From: Planctomycetota bacterium
GTDB lineage: Bacteria; Planctomycetota; UBA1135; GCA-002686595
NCBI GenBank assembly: GCA_043760765.1
Contig: JAYUOR010000493.1
Location: 1 to 25,600, forward strand
DNA: 25,600 bases
Direction of reading: 5' to 3'
The notes under the pieces were generated by a model. It did not search any database. It was not told the origin of the DNA and worked only from the letters and a program-made list of their open reading frames with translations. Positions 1 through 10,749 of the stretch are shown in pieces. Positions within the stretch are counted from its first letter, which is position 1, and every line of letters starts with the position of its first letter. A program made the translations under genes and the position numbers.

Positions 1-1107
1 GTGCGCGAATCGGGCTTCGATATCACGGCGGCCAGCGAAATCATGGCCGTGGTGACGCTCTCGTCGTCGCTCGCCGACTTGCGCTTGCGCTTGGGCCGCA
101 TCGTCGTCGGGGAGACCTATGCGAAGAAGCGCGTCAGTGCATCGGACCTGCACGCGGAAGGCGCGCTGCTCGCGCTCCTGCGCGATGCGCTCAACCCGAA
201 CCTGGTGCAGACACTTGAGAACAATCCGGCCTTCGTGCACTGCGGGCCGTTCGCGAACATCGCCCACGGCTGTAACAGCGTCGTGGCCACCACGCTTGCG
301 CTGCGCCTTGGCGAATACACGATCACGGAAGCCGGTTTCGGCGCGGACCTGGGCGCGGAGAAGTTCTTCGACATCAAGTGCCGCAGCGTTGGCCTGCGTC
401 CGGATGCGGTGGTGCTCGTCGCCACGATCCGCGCGCTCAAATACCAGGCCGGGATCGAGCAAAAGAATCTGACCAAACCCGACGTGACTGCGGTGGCGAA
501 GGGCATCGCGCATCTCGAGAAGCACGTCAAGAATCTGCAGCGCTTCGGCGTACCGTGCGTGGTCGCGATCAATTCGTTCAGCAGCGACACGGAAGAGGAA
601 ATTGCCGCGCTCGAAAGCGCCCAGGGCAAACTCGGCGTGCGCGTCGTGCGCTGCGACCACTGGGCGCGCGGCGGCGCCGGCGCGGAATCGTTGGCGCGCG
701 CGGTGGTCATCGAAGTCGATGCGGCGAACGCGAATTTCAAGCCGCTCTACGAAGACTCGCTGGGCCTTTTCGAGAAGATCGAAAAGATCGCGCGCGAGAT
801 CTACGGCGCGGATGGCGTGGACGCCGACCTGAAAGTGCGCGAAAAATTGCGCCGCTTCGAGCAGGAGGGATTTGGAGCGCTGCCGGTCTGCATGGCCAAG
901 ACGCAGTACTCGTTCAGCACCGATCCGACCCAGCGCGGCGTGCCGCGCGGCTTCACGATCCCGGTGCGCGATGTCGACCTGCGCGTCGGCGCGGGTTTCG
1001 TCCTGGTGCTGACCGGCGAGATCATGACCATGCCCGGCCTGCCGAAAGTGCCGGCCGCGGAGTCGATCGACGTCGACGCGCAGGGCCGCATCGAAGGGCT
1101 GTTCTAA
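1..1107 (+). CDS. fhs: Formate--tetrahydrofolate ligase, 5'-truncated by the window edge
   Basis: Motifs FDITAASEIMA, HCGPFANIAHGCNS, TEAGFGADLGAEKFFDIKCR, CMAKTQYSFS and MTMPGLPKVPAA are characteristic of FTHFS. The 368 aa visible correspond to the C-terminal two-thirds, so the GTG at position 1 is probably internal. TAA stop at 1105-1107. Confidence 0.97.
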   Translation: MRESGFDITAASEIMAVVTLSSSLADLRLRLGRIVVGETYAKKRVSASDLHAEGALLALLRDALNPNLVQTLENNPAFVHCGPFANIAHGCNSVVATTLALRLGEYTITEAGFGADLGAEKFFDIKCRSVGLRPDAVVLVATIRALKYQAGIEQKNLTKPDVTAVAKGIAHLEKHVKNLQRFGVPCVVAINSFSSDTEEEIAALESAQGKLGVRVVRCDHWARGGAGAESLARAVVIEVDAANANFKPLYEDSLGLFEKIEKIAREIYGADGVDADLKVREKLRRFEQEGFGALPVCMAKTQYSFSTDPTQRGVPRGFTIPVRDVDLRVGAGFVLVLTGEIMTMPGLPKVPAAESIDVDAQGRIEGLF

Positions 1108-1254
1108 CGGATCGCTCACACGGTGGGGGGGCTTGGCGTCGGAGGCGGCGACGAGGCCCTATCCGATCGACGGACATCGACGTAGGCTCGGACTCAGCGC
1201 GCGCTCGCCCTTTCGCGGGTACGCGACAGTCCCCCCCCGTCGAAGGAGTCATCG

Positions 1255-4200
1255 ATGCGATCGCAACGTTCCTGCGTCCTCACGAAGTCCGTCCTTTCGC
1301 TGTTTCTTTGCGCCCCGGCATTGGCGCAACTGCCCAATGCCGCTGCCCCCGATTTCGCTCAGGCGCCGAGCGACACGATCTCGCTCGCGCTGCCTGAGAA
1401 CTTTGTCGCGAGCAGTCCCTTCCACCGCGTGCGCTTTGCGGCGAACGACGAACTCCTGCTCAAGCTGCTCGACGCCAAGGCGATCGTCTGGCAGTTGGAC
1501 TACAGCTCTTTCTTCTTCGCGTTGGTGGACGCGCGCCGGCTCGGTGGAGTCGCGAACTTCGGCGCGCTGGGCCTCGAACTAGTAGATGACGCGAGCCTGG
1601 TGAACTTGAACGGCTACTTGATCGACGGCGCGGACGGCGCCGGCACGGCACTGCGCCTCGCGTCGATTCCGCCGTTCCTTCGCGCTCCCGAGGGCCAACT
1701 GGGCTCCGACGAAATTCGTCTGCGCCTGGTGCAGTTCGCCGGCCCGATCCAGGATGCGTGGCTCGACGCCCTGCGCGCGAGCGGCTCGACGATCGTCAGC
1801 TACGTCGCCAACAACAGCTACGTCGTGCGCTGCGACGCGAGCGCACACCAGGCACTTGAGAATCTGCGCTCGCGCCCGTTCATCCTTTCCGTTTCGAACT
1901 ACGAACCGGCCTTCAAGCTGCGCCCAGAGCTGCGGCCGCCGTATCTGGGCGACGCGCAGTTCTATCCAGTCACCGTGCAGGTCATCGCCGACGGCGACGG
2001 AGCCGAATTTGCCGCGGGCCTTGGCCTGCGCGCGGTCGAAGTTCGCGCCGCGCCCAATGCGGTGCTCAATTACATCAACGTCGGCCTGGTGATGGACGGA
2101 GCCAACGTGCTCGACCTCGCCCGCGATCCGCACGTGTTCGCGATCGAGCCGCTCGACACGGCGCGCATGTTCGACGAACGGCAGGGCATGCTCCAGGCCG
2201 GCCAGCTCAACGTGGCCGGCACGGGCCCGGCCAGTGCGACCTATCTTTCCTGGCTTGGCTCGAAGGGCTTTCCCGGCGTGACGCCGTTTCCTTTCGTCGT
2301 CGACGTCCAGGACGACGGCATCGATCGCGGCAGCACGAGCGACATCAACGTCGAGTTCCGCGTCGGCGGGACCGCCGGAGGCGCGACTCGACTCGCCTAC
2401 AACAACAATTACTCCGGTGACGCGCTCGCCGATGGCGTTGCCGGCCACGGCAATATCAATGCCTCGATCGTCGGCGGCTACAACGATCTGACCGGCAGCG
2501 GGGCCGAGGACGCCGGCGCCTATCAGTACGGCTTGGGCATCGCTCCGTGGGTCCAGCTCGGCAACTCGAAGGTTTTCAACAACGCCGGCTCGGGCGTGTT
2601 CAACCAGCCGACGCTGACGCGCATGTCCAACGCCTACGGCGGCGGTGCGCGCATCTCGAGCAACTCCTGGGGCTACACCACGGGAACGACCTACAACTCA
2701 GACAGTCAGGCCCACGATACGGCCGTGCGCGACGCGCAGTCCGGGACGAGCGGGAATCAGGAACTGACGATCGTGTTCGCAGCAGGCAACAGCGGAAGTG
2801 GAGCTTCGACAGTTCACCCGCCGGGCACCGCCAAGAACGTGATCACGGTTGGCGCGTCGGAGAACGATCGTCAAACCGGGAGCGATGGCTGCGGGATCGC
2901 CAACACTGGCGCGGACAACGCCAACGACATCATCTCGTTTTCTTCGCGCGGCCCGACGTCGGACGCGCGCAAGAAACCCGAACTCGTCTCGGTGGGAACG
3001 CACGTTCAGGGCGCGGCGAGTCGCGCGACCGGCTACAACGGATCGGGCGTTTGCAACCAGTACTGGCCGAGCGGGCAGACGCTCTACGCCTGGTCCTCGG
3101 GCACCAGCCACTCGACGCCCGCGATCGCAGGGGCCTGCGCGCTGGTGCGCCAGTTCTTCGTCAACAACGGATCTTTGGCGCCCACTCCGGCGATGGAGAA
3201 GGCCTGGCTCGCGGGTACTTCGACCTACATGACGGGCGTGGGCGCGAACGACACGCTGTGGTCCAACAGTCAGGGCTTTGGACGCGCGAATCTCGGCGCG
3301 GCCTTCGACGGAGTTGCGCGCGTGAACGTAGACCAGACGCAGGTGCTCGGCGCAACCGGAGCCACGTTCGTTTCCGCGGGCAACATCGCCTCGGGCACGA
3401 GCGCGTTCCGCGTCGCTCTCGCCTGGACCGATTCGCCTGGACCGACGACGGGCAATGCCTATGTCAACGACCTCGACCTCGAGCTGACCGTGAACGGCAC
3501 GCTCTATCGGGGCAACGTGTTCAGCGGCGCGAATTCACTCGCCGGTGGCAGCGCGGATCCGCGCAACAATTTGGAATGCGTGTTCTTGCCCGCGGGCACG
3601 AGCGGTTCGTATTCCGTCACCGTGCGCGCGGCGAACATCGCCGGCGACGGCGTGCCCGGCAACGCGGACACGACCGATCAGGATTTCGCACTGGTGATTT
3701 ACAACGGCACGGCGGGAGCTCCGCCGCCGCCGGATTTTTCCGTCAGCGCTTCGCCGTCGTCGAACACGGTCGTGCAAGGCGCGGCCGCGAACTACACGGC
3801 CGGCAACACGGCGCTCAACGGCTTCACCGGTGACGTCACCTGGACGGCCACTCCGGCGATCACGGGCACGAGCTTCGGCTTCTCGCCCAATCCGGCCACG
3901 GCCGGCGCAGGCTCGACGTTTACGGCGAGCACCAGCGCTGCGACGCCGGTGGGGACGTACCTGATCACGCTGACTGGAACGAGCGGCGCGCTCGTGCACA
4001 GTACGGGCGTGACCCTGGTAGTCAACGCTCCGGGCGGCGGTGCCGGCTCGGTCAAGACCTACTCGCGCGCACCTGGGCTCGCGATTCCCGACAACAACGC
4101 GACCGGAGTCACGGACACGTTGAACGTCGCGGACAATCTCACGATCACGTCGCTCTCGGTGAGCACGGTGATTCCGCACACCTACAAGGGTGACCTGGTC

Positions 4201-4794
4201 GTCACGCTGATCGGACCCGACAACACCAGCGCGATCCTGCACAATCGCACGGGCGGCTCGACCGACAACGTGACCACGACGTTCGCGGTCGCGACCACGC
4301 CGAATCAGTCGATGTCGGTTTTCAACGGCAAGTCGAGCAGCGGTGCGTGGAAGCTCAAGGTCCAGGACCTGGCAGCCGCAGACCTAGGCACATTGTCTTC
4401 GTGGAAACTCACCTTCAACGGCGAGAAGTCCCAGACGGTCAATCTGGCGATCCCCGACAACAATACGACGGGCGTCACAAGTGCGATCAATTTCGTGGAC
4501 AGCGGACTCGTGGCGGCCGTGAAAGTGCGCGTGAGCATCACGCACACCTTCAAGGGCAACCTCGAAGTCTCGTTGATCGCACCCGATGGCACGACGGCGA
4601 TCCTGCACAATCGCACCGGCGGCTCCACCGACAACGTCAACACGGAATATCCCGACCTGACGGCTTCCGCGCAGTCGCTTGCGGTGTTCACAGGCAAGGC
4701 GATCAGCGGAAATTGGAGCGTGAAAGTTCGCGACCTCGCAGCCGCCGACACGGGTACGTTCGTGTCCTGGACACTGAGTTTCCAGGCGCAGTGA
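1255..4794 (+). CDS. Secreted S8 (subtilisin, KP-43-like) serine protease with an Ig-like domain and two C-terminal proprotein-convertase P domains
   Basis: AAGGAG RBS at 1243-1248; N-terminal signal peptide and long prodomain. Catalytic Asp (VQDDGID, codon 2311), His (GHGNIN, 2446), oxyanion Asn (FAAGNSG) and Ser (SGTSHSTP, 3106). KP-43-type beta domain (RVALAWTD...VNDLDL), PPPPDFS linker, then two P domains (IPDNN...HTYKGDL / HTFKGNL...WKLKVQD / WSVKVRD). Confidence 0.93.
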   Translation: MRSQRSCVLTKSVLSLFLCAPALAQLPNAAAPDFAQAPSDTISLALPENFVASSPFHRVRFAANDELLLKLLDAKAIVWQLDYSSFFFALVDARRLGGVANFGALGLELVDDASLVNLNGYLIDGADGAGTALRLASIPPFLRAPEGQLGSDEIRLRLVQFAGPIQDAWLDALRASGSTIVSYVANNSYVVRCDASAHQALENLRSRPFILSVSNYEPAFKLRPELRPPYLGDAQFYPVTVQVIADGDGAEFAAGLGLRAVEVRAAPNAVLNYINVGLVMDGANVLDLARDPHVFAIEPLDTARMFDERQGMLQAGQLNVAGTGPASATYLSWLGSKGFPGVTPFPFVVDVQDDGIDRGSTSDINVEFRVGGTAGGATRLAYNNNYSGDALADGVAGHGNINASIVGGYNDLTGSGAEDAGAYQYGLGIAPWVQLGNSKVFNNAGSGVFNQPTLTRMSNAYGGGARISSNSWGYTTGTTYNSDSQAHDTAVRDAQSGTSGNQELTIVFAAGNSGSGASTVHPPGTAKNVITVGASENDRQTGSDGCGIANTGADNANDIISFSSRGPTSDARKKPELVSVGTHVQGAASRATGYNGSGVCNQYWPSGQTLYAWSSGTSHSTPAIAGACALVRQFFVNNGSLAPTPAMEKAWLAGTSTYMTGVGANDTLWSNSQGFGRANLGAAFDGVARVNVDQTQVLGATGATFVSAGNIASGTSAFRVALAWTDSPGPTTGNAYVNDLDLELTVNGTLYRGNVFSGANSLAGGSADPRNNLECVFLPAGTSGSYSVTVRAANIAGDGVPGNADTTDQDFALVIYNGTAGAPPPPDFSVSASPSSNTVVQGAAANYTAGNTALNGFTGDVTWTATPAITGTSFGFSPNPATAGAGSTFTASTSAATPVGTYLITLTGTSGALVHSTGVTLVVNAPGGGAGSVKTYSRAPGLAIPDNNATGVTDTLNVADNLTITSLSVSTVIPHTYKGDLVVTLIGPDNTSAILHNRTGGSTDNVTTTFAVATTPNQSMSVFNGKSSSGAWKLKVQDLAAADLGTLSSWKLTFNGEKSQTVNLAIPDNNTTGVTSAINFVDSGLVAAVKVRVSITHTFKGNLEVSLIAPDGTTAILHNRTGGSTDNVNTEYPDLTASAQSLAVFTGKAISGNWSVKVRDLAAADTGTFVSWTLSFQAQ
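4231..4638 (+). repeat. Internal duplication: near-identical 42-nt segments (4231-4272 and 4597-4638) in the two P domains
   Basis: gcgatcctgcacaatcgcacgggcggctcgaccgacaacgtg vs gcgatcctgcacaatcgcaccggcggctccaccgacaacgtc. Three differences, all at third codon positions; both encode AILHNRTGGSTDNV. Confidence 0.85.
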
Positions 4795-4815
4795 CCCAGT
4801 CCGGATAGTTTCGAC

Positions 4816-4853
4816 GAAGGGGTCGCCCCATGCGGGCGGCCCCTTCTGCTTTG
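4816..4853 (+). terminator. Probable intrinsic terminator after the S8 protease gene
   Basis: 13-bp stem GAAGGGGTCGCCC / GGGCGGCCCCTTC (one G-U pair), 5-nt loop CATGC, followed by TGCTTTG; starts 22 nt after the stop codon. Confidence 0.7.
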
Positions 4854-4910
4854 CGAGGCCGACGCCGTTTCCACCGTGCGCGTGGATCGGTTACAACCGT
4901 CGTCCCAACC

Positions 4911-6323
<1,413 letters not shown>

Positions 6324-6329
6324 CGGCCC

Positions 6330-7022
6330 GTGTCCGAGGAGGACAAGAGCCAGCGCGCGTTTTTCTCCGCTTCGGGCAAGCCGCTGCTCGAGGTTCGCAG
6401 ACTCGCGCGCACGCCCTATCCGGTCGCGCACGATTTGCAGCAGGCACTCGTCGACCAACGCGTCGCCGGCCTGATCGGCGATCAACTGCTGCTGACCGAG
6501 CACGACCCGGTGATCACCGTGGGCCGCGGCGGCGAGCCCTTTCCTGCGACGCTTGGCGGCGTGCCGATCCTCACCGTCGAGCGCGGCGGCGACGCGACCT
6601 ACCACGGTCCCGGCCAACTCGTCGTCTACCCGATCGTGCTGCTCGGGCCGGAGCGGCGCGACCTGCATCGCTATCTGCGCAATCTCGAAGAGGTCGTGAT
6701 TCGCATGCTCGCTGAAGTCGGCGTAGCAGGGGCGCGCAAGCCCGGTCTGACCGGCGTCTGGGTAGGCGAGAAGAAGATCTGCTCGCTCGGCGTGGCCGTG
6801 CGCCGCTGGGTAGCTTGGCACGGATTCGCGCTCAATTTGCGCACGGAACTCGACGTTTTCAGGACTTTTCGGCCCTGCGGCCTCGATCCGGACGTGATGA
6901 CCCGCCTTGAGGACTACGTCGCGCTCGAGCCGGGCAACCTGCAGTTCGAGCGGCTGGCCGTACAACACTTTTGTCACGTGTTCGGCCACGAAGTGGCGGC
7001 TGCGACGGGGTCTGGGCGATAG
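6330..7022 (+). CDS. lipB: Lipoyl(octanoyl) transferase
   Basis: Motifs LLTEHDPVITVGR, VERGGDATYHGPGQLVVYPI, KKICSLGVAVRRWVAWHGFALN and PCGL; 6 nt downstream of lpdA. Confidence 0.95.
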   Translation: MSEEDKSQRAFFSASGKPLLEVRRLARTPYPVAHDLQQALVDQRVAGLIGDQLLLTEHDPVITVGRGGEPFPATLGGVPILTVERGGDATYHGPGQLVVYPIVLLGPERRDLHRYLRNLEEVVIRMLAEVGVAGARKPGLTGVWVGEKKICSLGVAVRRWVAWHGFALNLRTELDVFRTFRPCGLDPDVMTRLEDYVALEPGNLQFERLAVQHFCHVFGHEVAAATGSGR

Positions 7023-7181
7023 CCCGGAAAGAACTTCCAGGTCCGCGGGATTTAGCGTCGTTGGCTGGAGTCGGTGCCCTGCGGGCTCCGATGAAGGTCA
7101 CCCCTCCTGTAACGGCGTAGGGCCATCCAATTCCCGCATTCCAATGCGCGGGGAGGGCCGGCCGTCGGAGCGAAAATTCCC

Positions 7182-7544
7182 ATGAATCAATCCGAAGAAG
7201 GTGTGCTCGACATGGGCGTCATTGCCTCTCTGCGCGAACTCGGTGGAGATGGAGACGGCGGGTTGTTCCTCGAACTGCTCAATCTCTACGTGGACGACTC
7301 GACGAAGCAGATGGAGCGCCTCGAGCAGTCGCTGGCGAGTGGCGACCTCAAGGTCGCGGAACGCATCGCGCACACCCTGAAATCGAGCTCTGCGAACCTC
7401 GGCGCGACAGCGATGTCGAAGATCTGCCTGGAAATGGAAATGTGCGGACGCAAACAGGCCGTGGAGCAGATGAGTGCCTTGTTCGCCTCGACGCGCGAAG
7501 CGCACCGACGCGCCATCACTGCGCTCAACGCGCTGCGGGTCTAG
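7182..7544 (+). CDS. Stand-alone Hpt (histidine phosphotransfer) domain protein
   Basis: 120-aa helical protein with IAHTLKSSSANLGA, the conserved phospho-His motif of Hpt domains. Confidence 0.92.
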   Translation: MNQSEEGVLDMGVIASLRELGGDGDGGLFLELLNLYVDDSTKQMERLEQSLASGDLKVAERIAHTLKSSSANLGATAMSKICLEMEMCGRKQAVEQMSALFASTREAHRRAITALNALRV

Positions 7545-7592
7545 GACACGAGACACAGATTTCCTAGGCAGCAACAGATCCACCACGAGCGC

Positions 7593-9512
7593 ATGCAACG
7601 CAGAGGTTTCGAGGCACTCAAGCACGTCGGCAACATGCCGTCGCCCACCGGCGTCGGCTTGGCCATCCTGCGGCTGACCCAGCGCGACGATTTCGTCCTT
7701 GGACCCCTTGCGAAGACGATTCAATCGGATCCGGCGTTGACCGGCCGCCTGCTCCAGCTTGCGAACGCCAACCTTTCCATCGGCGAATTGCCGATCAGCA
7801 GCATCGAAGATGCCGTGCTGCAAGTGCCGGTCGGCACGGTGCGCTCCCTGGCCCTGGGATTCACGCTGGTCAGCGCGAATCGCCTGAGCGAAGGCCGCGG
7901 CTTCGACTACGAGGGGCACTGGTCGCGCTCGCTGATCATGGCGGTCTGCGCGCGCCACCTCGCCGCCGAGCGCGGAGACGTCGAGCCGGCCACGGCGTTC
8001 ACGGGCGCGTTGCTCTCAGGCATCGGGCGTCTCGCGCTCGCCTCGACGCATCCTGAGGAATACGACGACGTCGTCGAAGCCGGGCGTGGACTCTCCGGGG
8101 AAGGACTGCTGCTCCTCGAGCGGAGCGAGCTCGGGCTCGACCACGCCGGGATGGCATCGGCGTTGCTCAGGGACTGGAAACTACCCGAGGCGATGATTCA
8201 CGCCGTACTCGCGTTCGAGTCCGCCCCTGGAACGATTGCGCCGCCGGGCGAAGCCGCATTGGCGTTCGAGCAGGTCTTGCGTGGGGCCTGCCTGCTTGGC
8301 GAAGCCTTCCAGTCCAGCGACGGCTTCCGTTCGCCGCAGCGGGGTCAGGATCCTGCCGGAACAGGTTTCATGTCGCGCGAACTGGCGGTCTCGCCGGCGG
8401 CCACCGTGCGTCTGCGCAATCGCATTGTTGCGCACTGGCAAGACTGCTCGCGCGTGCTCGAGGTCCCGACCACGACTCCGGCGCGGAAAGCGTTGGCGGA
8501 TACGGCGGTCGAGCGGCTGGCGCAGGCCGGGTTGCGCCGCGGTCTGCGCATCCTCGCCGTCGACGACGATGTGGTGACGATGCGCCTGTTGCGACATCAT
8601 CTCGCGCAGGACGGTCACACGGTCAGCGAGGCCTGCGATGGCGCCCAGGCCCTGGCCATCGCCCTGAAGACCAGGCCGCAGATGATCGTCACGGATCTGA
8701 CGATGCCCGAAATGGATGGCCTGGAGTTGTGCCGCTCACTGCGCAGCTCCAGTGTATGCAAGGAGGCGTATATACTCGTCGTCACCGGCCAAAACGAAGA
8801 GTCGCGCGTGGTGGAAGCCTTCGAGGCGGGCGCCGACGAATTCGTCACCAAGCCGTTCAATCCCAACATCCTGCTGGCCAGAGTGCGCGCGGGACAGAGA
8901 CTGATCGAGCTGCGCGAGCACATCGAGACCGACAAGCAGGAGCTCAACCGTCAGAACGGGCAGATGACGATCCTGAATCGCAAGCTCAGCGCGGCGGCGA
9001 TGACCGACGTGCTGACCGATCTGCCCAACCGCCGGCACGCGCTGCGCAGGCTGGAGGAGGAGCTGATCCACAGCCGGACCCATGCTCTGCCCCTGTCGGT
9101 GATCCTGCTCGACATCGATCACTTCAAGAGTGTCAATGACCGCCACGGCCACGACGTGGGCGACATCGTGCTGCGCGAAACGGCGTCCGTTCTGCGCAGC
9201 TGCACGCGGCGTCGGGAGGAGGTCTGCCGCCTCGGTGGCGAGGAATTCCTCGTGATCGTGCCGCAGTCGACGCGCGAGGCCAGCGCCTACTTCGCGGAGC
9301 GTTTGCGCGAGGCAGTTGAGAGCCTCGAGATCAAAGCCGGCGCCTACACCGGACGCGTGACCGTCAGCCTGGGAGTCGCGGGTCTCGAAGACGGCGCTAC
9401 CACGGTCGACGAACTTATCAAGATCGCCGATTCGCGCGCCTACATGGCCAAGGCCGCCGGCCGCAACTGCGTCGTATCCGAAGGCGGCGAATCGCAGGCG
9501 CAGAGCGCGTAG
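7593..9512 (+). CDS. HDOD-REC-GGDEF response-regulator diguanylate cyclase
   Basis: N-terminal HDOD (MPSPTGV...IQSDPALTGRLLQLAN...LLSGIGRLAL...LDHAGMASALLRDWKLP). REC with ILAVDDD, IVTDLTMPEMDG, VVTG and FVTKP. GGDEF domain with TDVLTDLPNRR, LLDIDHFKSVNDRHGHDVGD and RLGGEEF. Confidence 0.94.
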   Translation: MQRRGFEALKHVGNMPSPTGVGLAILRLTQRDDFVLGPLAKTIQSDPALTGRLLQLANANLSIGELPISSIEDAVLQVPVGTVRSLALGFTLVSANRLSEGRGFDYEGHWSRSLIMAVCARHLAAERGDVEPATAFTGALLSGIGRLALASTHPEEYDDVVEAGRGLSGEGLLLLERSELGLDHAGMASALLRDWKLPEAMIHAVLAFESAPGTIAPPGEAALAFEQVLRGACLLGEAFQSSDGFRSPQRGQDPAGTGFMSRELAVSPAATVRLRNRIVAHWQDCSRVLEVPTTTPARKALADTAVERLAQAGLRRGLRILAVDDDVVTMRLLRHHLAQDGHTVSEACDGAQALAIALKTRPQMIVTDLTMPEMDGLELCRSLRSSSVCKEAYILVVTGQNEESRVVEAFEAGADEFVTKPFNPNILLARVRAGQRLIELREHIETDKQELNRQNGQMTILNRKLSAAAMTDVLTDLPNRRHALRRLEEELIHSRTHALPLSVILLDIDHFKSVNDRHGHDVGDIVLRETASVLRSCTRRREEVCRLGGEEFLVIVPQSTREASAYFAERLREAVESLEIKAGAYTGRVTVSLGVAGLEDGATTVDELIKIADSRAYMAKAAGRNCVVSEGGESQAQSA

Positions 9513-9526
9513 GACGGGGGCAAGTG

Positions 9527-9546
9527 GGGGTGCGCTTGCGCACTCC
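9527..9546. terminator. Possible hairpin terminator between the convergent DGC and GT2 genes
   Basis: Stem GGGGTGCG / CGCACTCC (one G-U pair) closing a CTTG tetraloop; no clear U tract. Confidence 0.35.
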
Positions 9547-9554
9547 GGACAAAG

Positions 9555-10607
9555 TCACCTGACTCCGTACACGTCGCGGCCCTTTTCGTGCGTCACACGC
9601 GCCCAGGCGAAGCCGATTCCGCCGTAGACATAGTAGAGCAGGTGCAGCGCCACGCCCGCCGGCAGGAACAGCGCTCCGCGAAGGCGTGCGAGCAGCGCGT
9701 AGAAACCGCGGTTGATCCACAGGATCGGCGCGAGGAGTGCGAGCGGAGCGCAGAGCCAGACCCAGCCGTAGCCCAGCCCGCCGGCCACGCTCGAAAGCGG
9801 CAGGCTGCAGAGCGCCAGGAAGACGAGCACCACGCACAATTTCTGCGCCCGCGCGAGATTCAGATCGCCGCCCGTGCCCGGCCGTTCGAGCAGCAGATGC
9901 GTCCACGGAATCGCGCGGCAGGTGAGATCGACGCGCACCATTTCAGCGAGGCGCCAGCGTTTCAAATGCTTGACCTGGATCCACGGCGCGAGCCGGATCC
10001 TGTGTCCCGCCGCGCGCAAGCGCATGCCGAGTTCGATGTCTTCGATCGAAGGCCGCTGGAAGCGCTCGTCGTATCCGCCGATGCCCTGAAACACTTTGCG
10101 ACGCAGGGCGCCGCAGCCCGCCCAAAAGGTCGTTGCGTCGCGCGGACCGGTCTGATGGACGTAGTGGTGCAGGAGATTTCGATAGCTGCTGAGCGTTCCG
10201 GTCGCGTCGGGCGCATCGTCGTAGGAACCAAAGCACGCGTCGACCGAGGGCTCGTCGACGAAGACCTTGGCGAGCGCTGCGACTGTCGTCGGCGTCACGA
10301 CCACGTCGGAATCGATGAAGACAATCAGCTCGCCATTGGCCTTGCGCGCGCCCGCATTGCGGGCGATGGCCGGACCGCCATTTTGTTCCAGGCGCAGGTA
10401 ACCGGCGCCGGCGCGCTGCATCACGGCGATCGCGGCGGGGTCCGTGCTGGCGTCGTCGACGACGATCAGCTCGAACTTCACGCTCGAGCGGTTCAGCGCG
10501 TCGAGGCAACGACTCAAGTAGGCCGCGGCATTGAACGCCGGCACGATCACGCTGATCGTCGGCGTTTCTTTCGACCCGGACAGGTCCGTGTGGGGGGAGG
10601 TGGTCAA
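9555..10607 (-). CDS. Family 2 glycosyltransferase with C-terminal membrane helices
   Basis: ISVIVPAFNAA, IVVDDASTD, NGGPAIARNAGA, DXD motif FIDSD, IEDIELG; hydrophobic C-terminal segments. GTG start is uncertain. Confidence 0.9.
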   Translation of the reverse strand: MTTSPHTDLSGSKETPTISVIVPAFNAAAYLSRCLDALNRSSVKFELIVVDDASTDPAAIAVMQRAGAGYLRLEQNGGPAIARNAGARKANGELIVFIDSDVVVTPTTVAALAKVFVDEPSVDACFGSYDDAPDATGTLSSYRNLLHHYVHQTGPRDATTFWAGCGALRRKVFQGIGGYDERFQRPSIEDIELGMRLRAAGHRIRLAPWIQVKHLKRWRLAEMVRVDLTCRAIPWTHLLLERPGTGGDLNLARAQKLCVVLVFLALCSLPLSSVAGGLGYGWVWLCAPLALLAPILWINRGFYALLARLRGALFLPAGVALHLLYYVYGGIGFAWARVTHEKGRDVYGVR

Positions 10608-10749
10608 TCGCTTGGGAAAGGTTTGCGGGCTATTGCCGGAACGGCCTGCCCGACGATACGAGCAGAGTTGCAGATCGGCCGCCTGCCGCGCAGTCTAAAG
10701 TGACGCAGGCCGCCAACTCAGCGAGCACCCCCCCCCAGAATCCCGTTCC

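Noticed and set aside
4830-4910. Extended lpdA N-terminus from the ORF track (start 4830)
   Set aside because: The extension lies in the terminator hairpin; E3 homology begins at ATG 4911.
7023-7181. Possible ncRNA or riboswitch between lipB and hpt (two small hairpins; CCAGGTCCG resembles SRP RNA)
   Set aside because: Lacks the SRP GGAAGGAAGCAG loop and any c-di-GMP riboswitch consensus I can recognise; small GC-rich hairpins are expected by chance.
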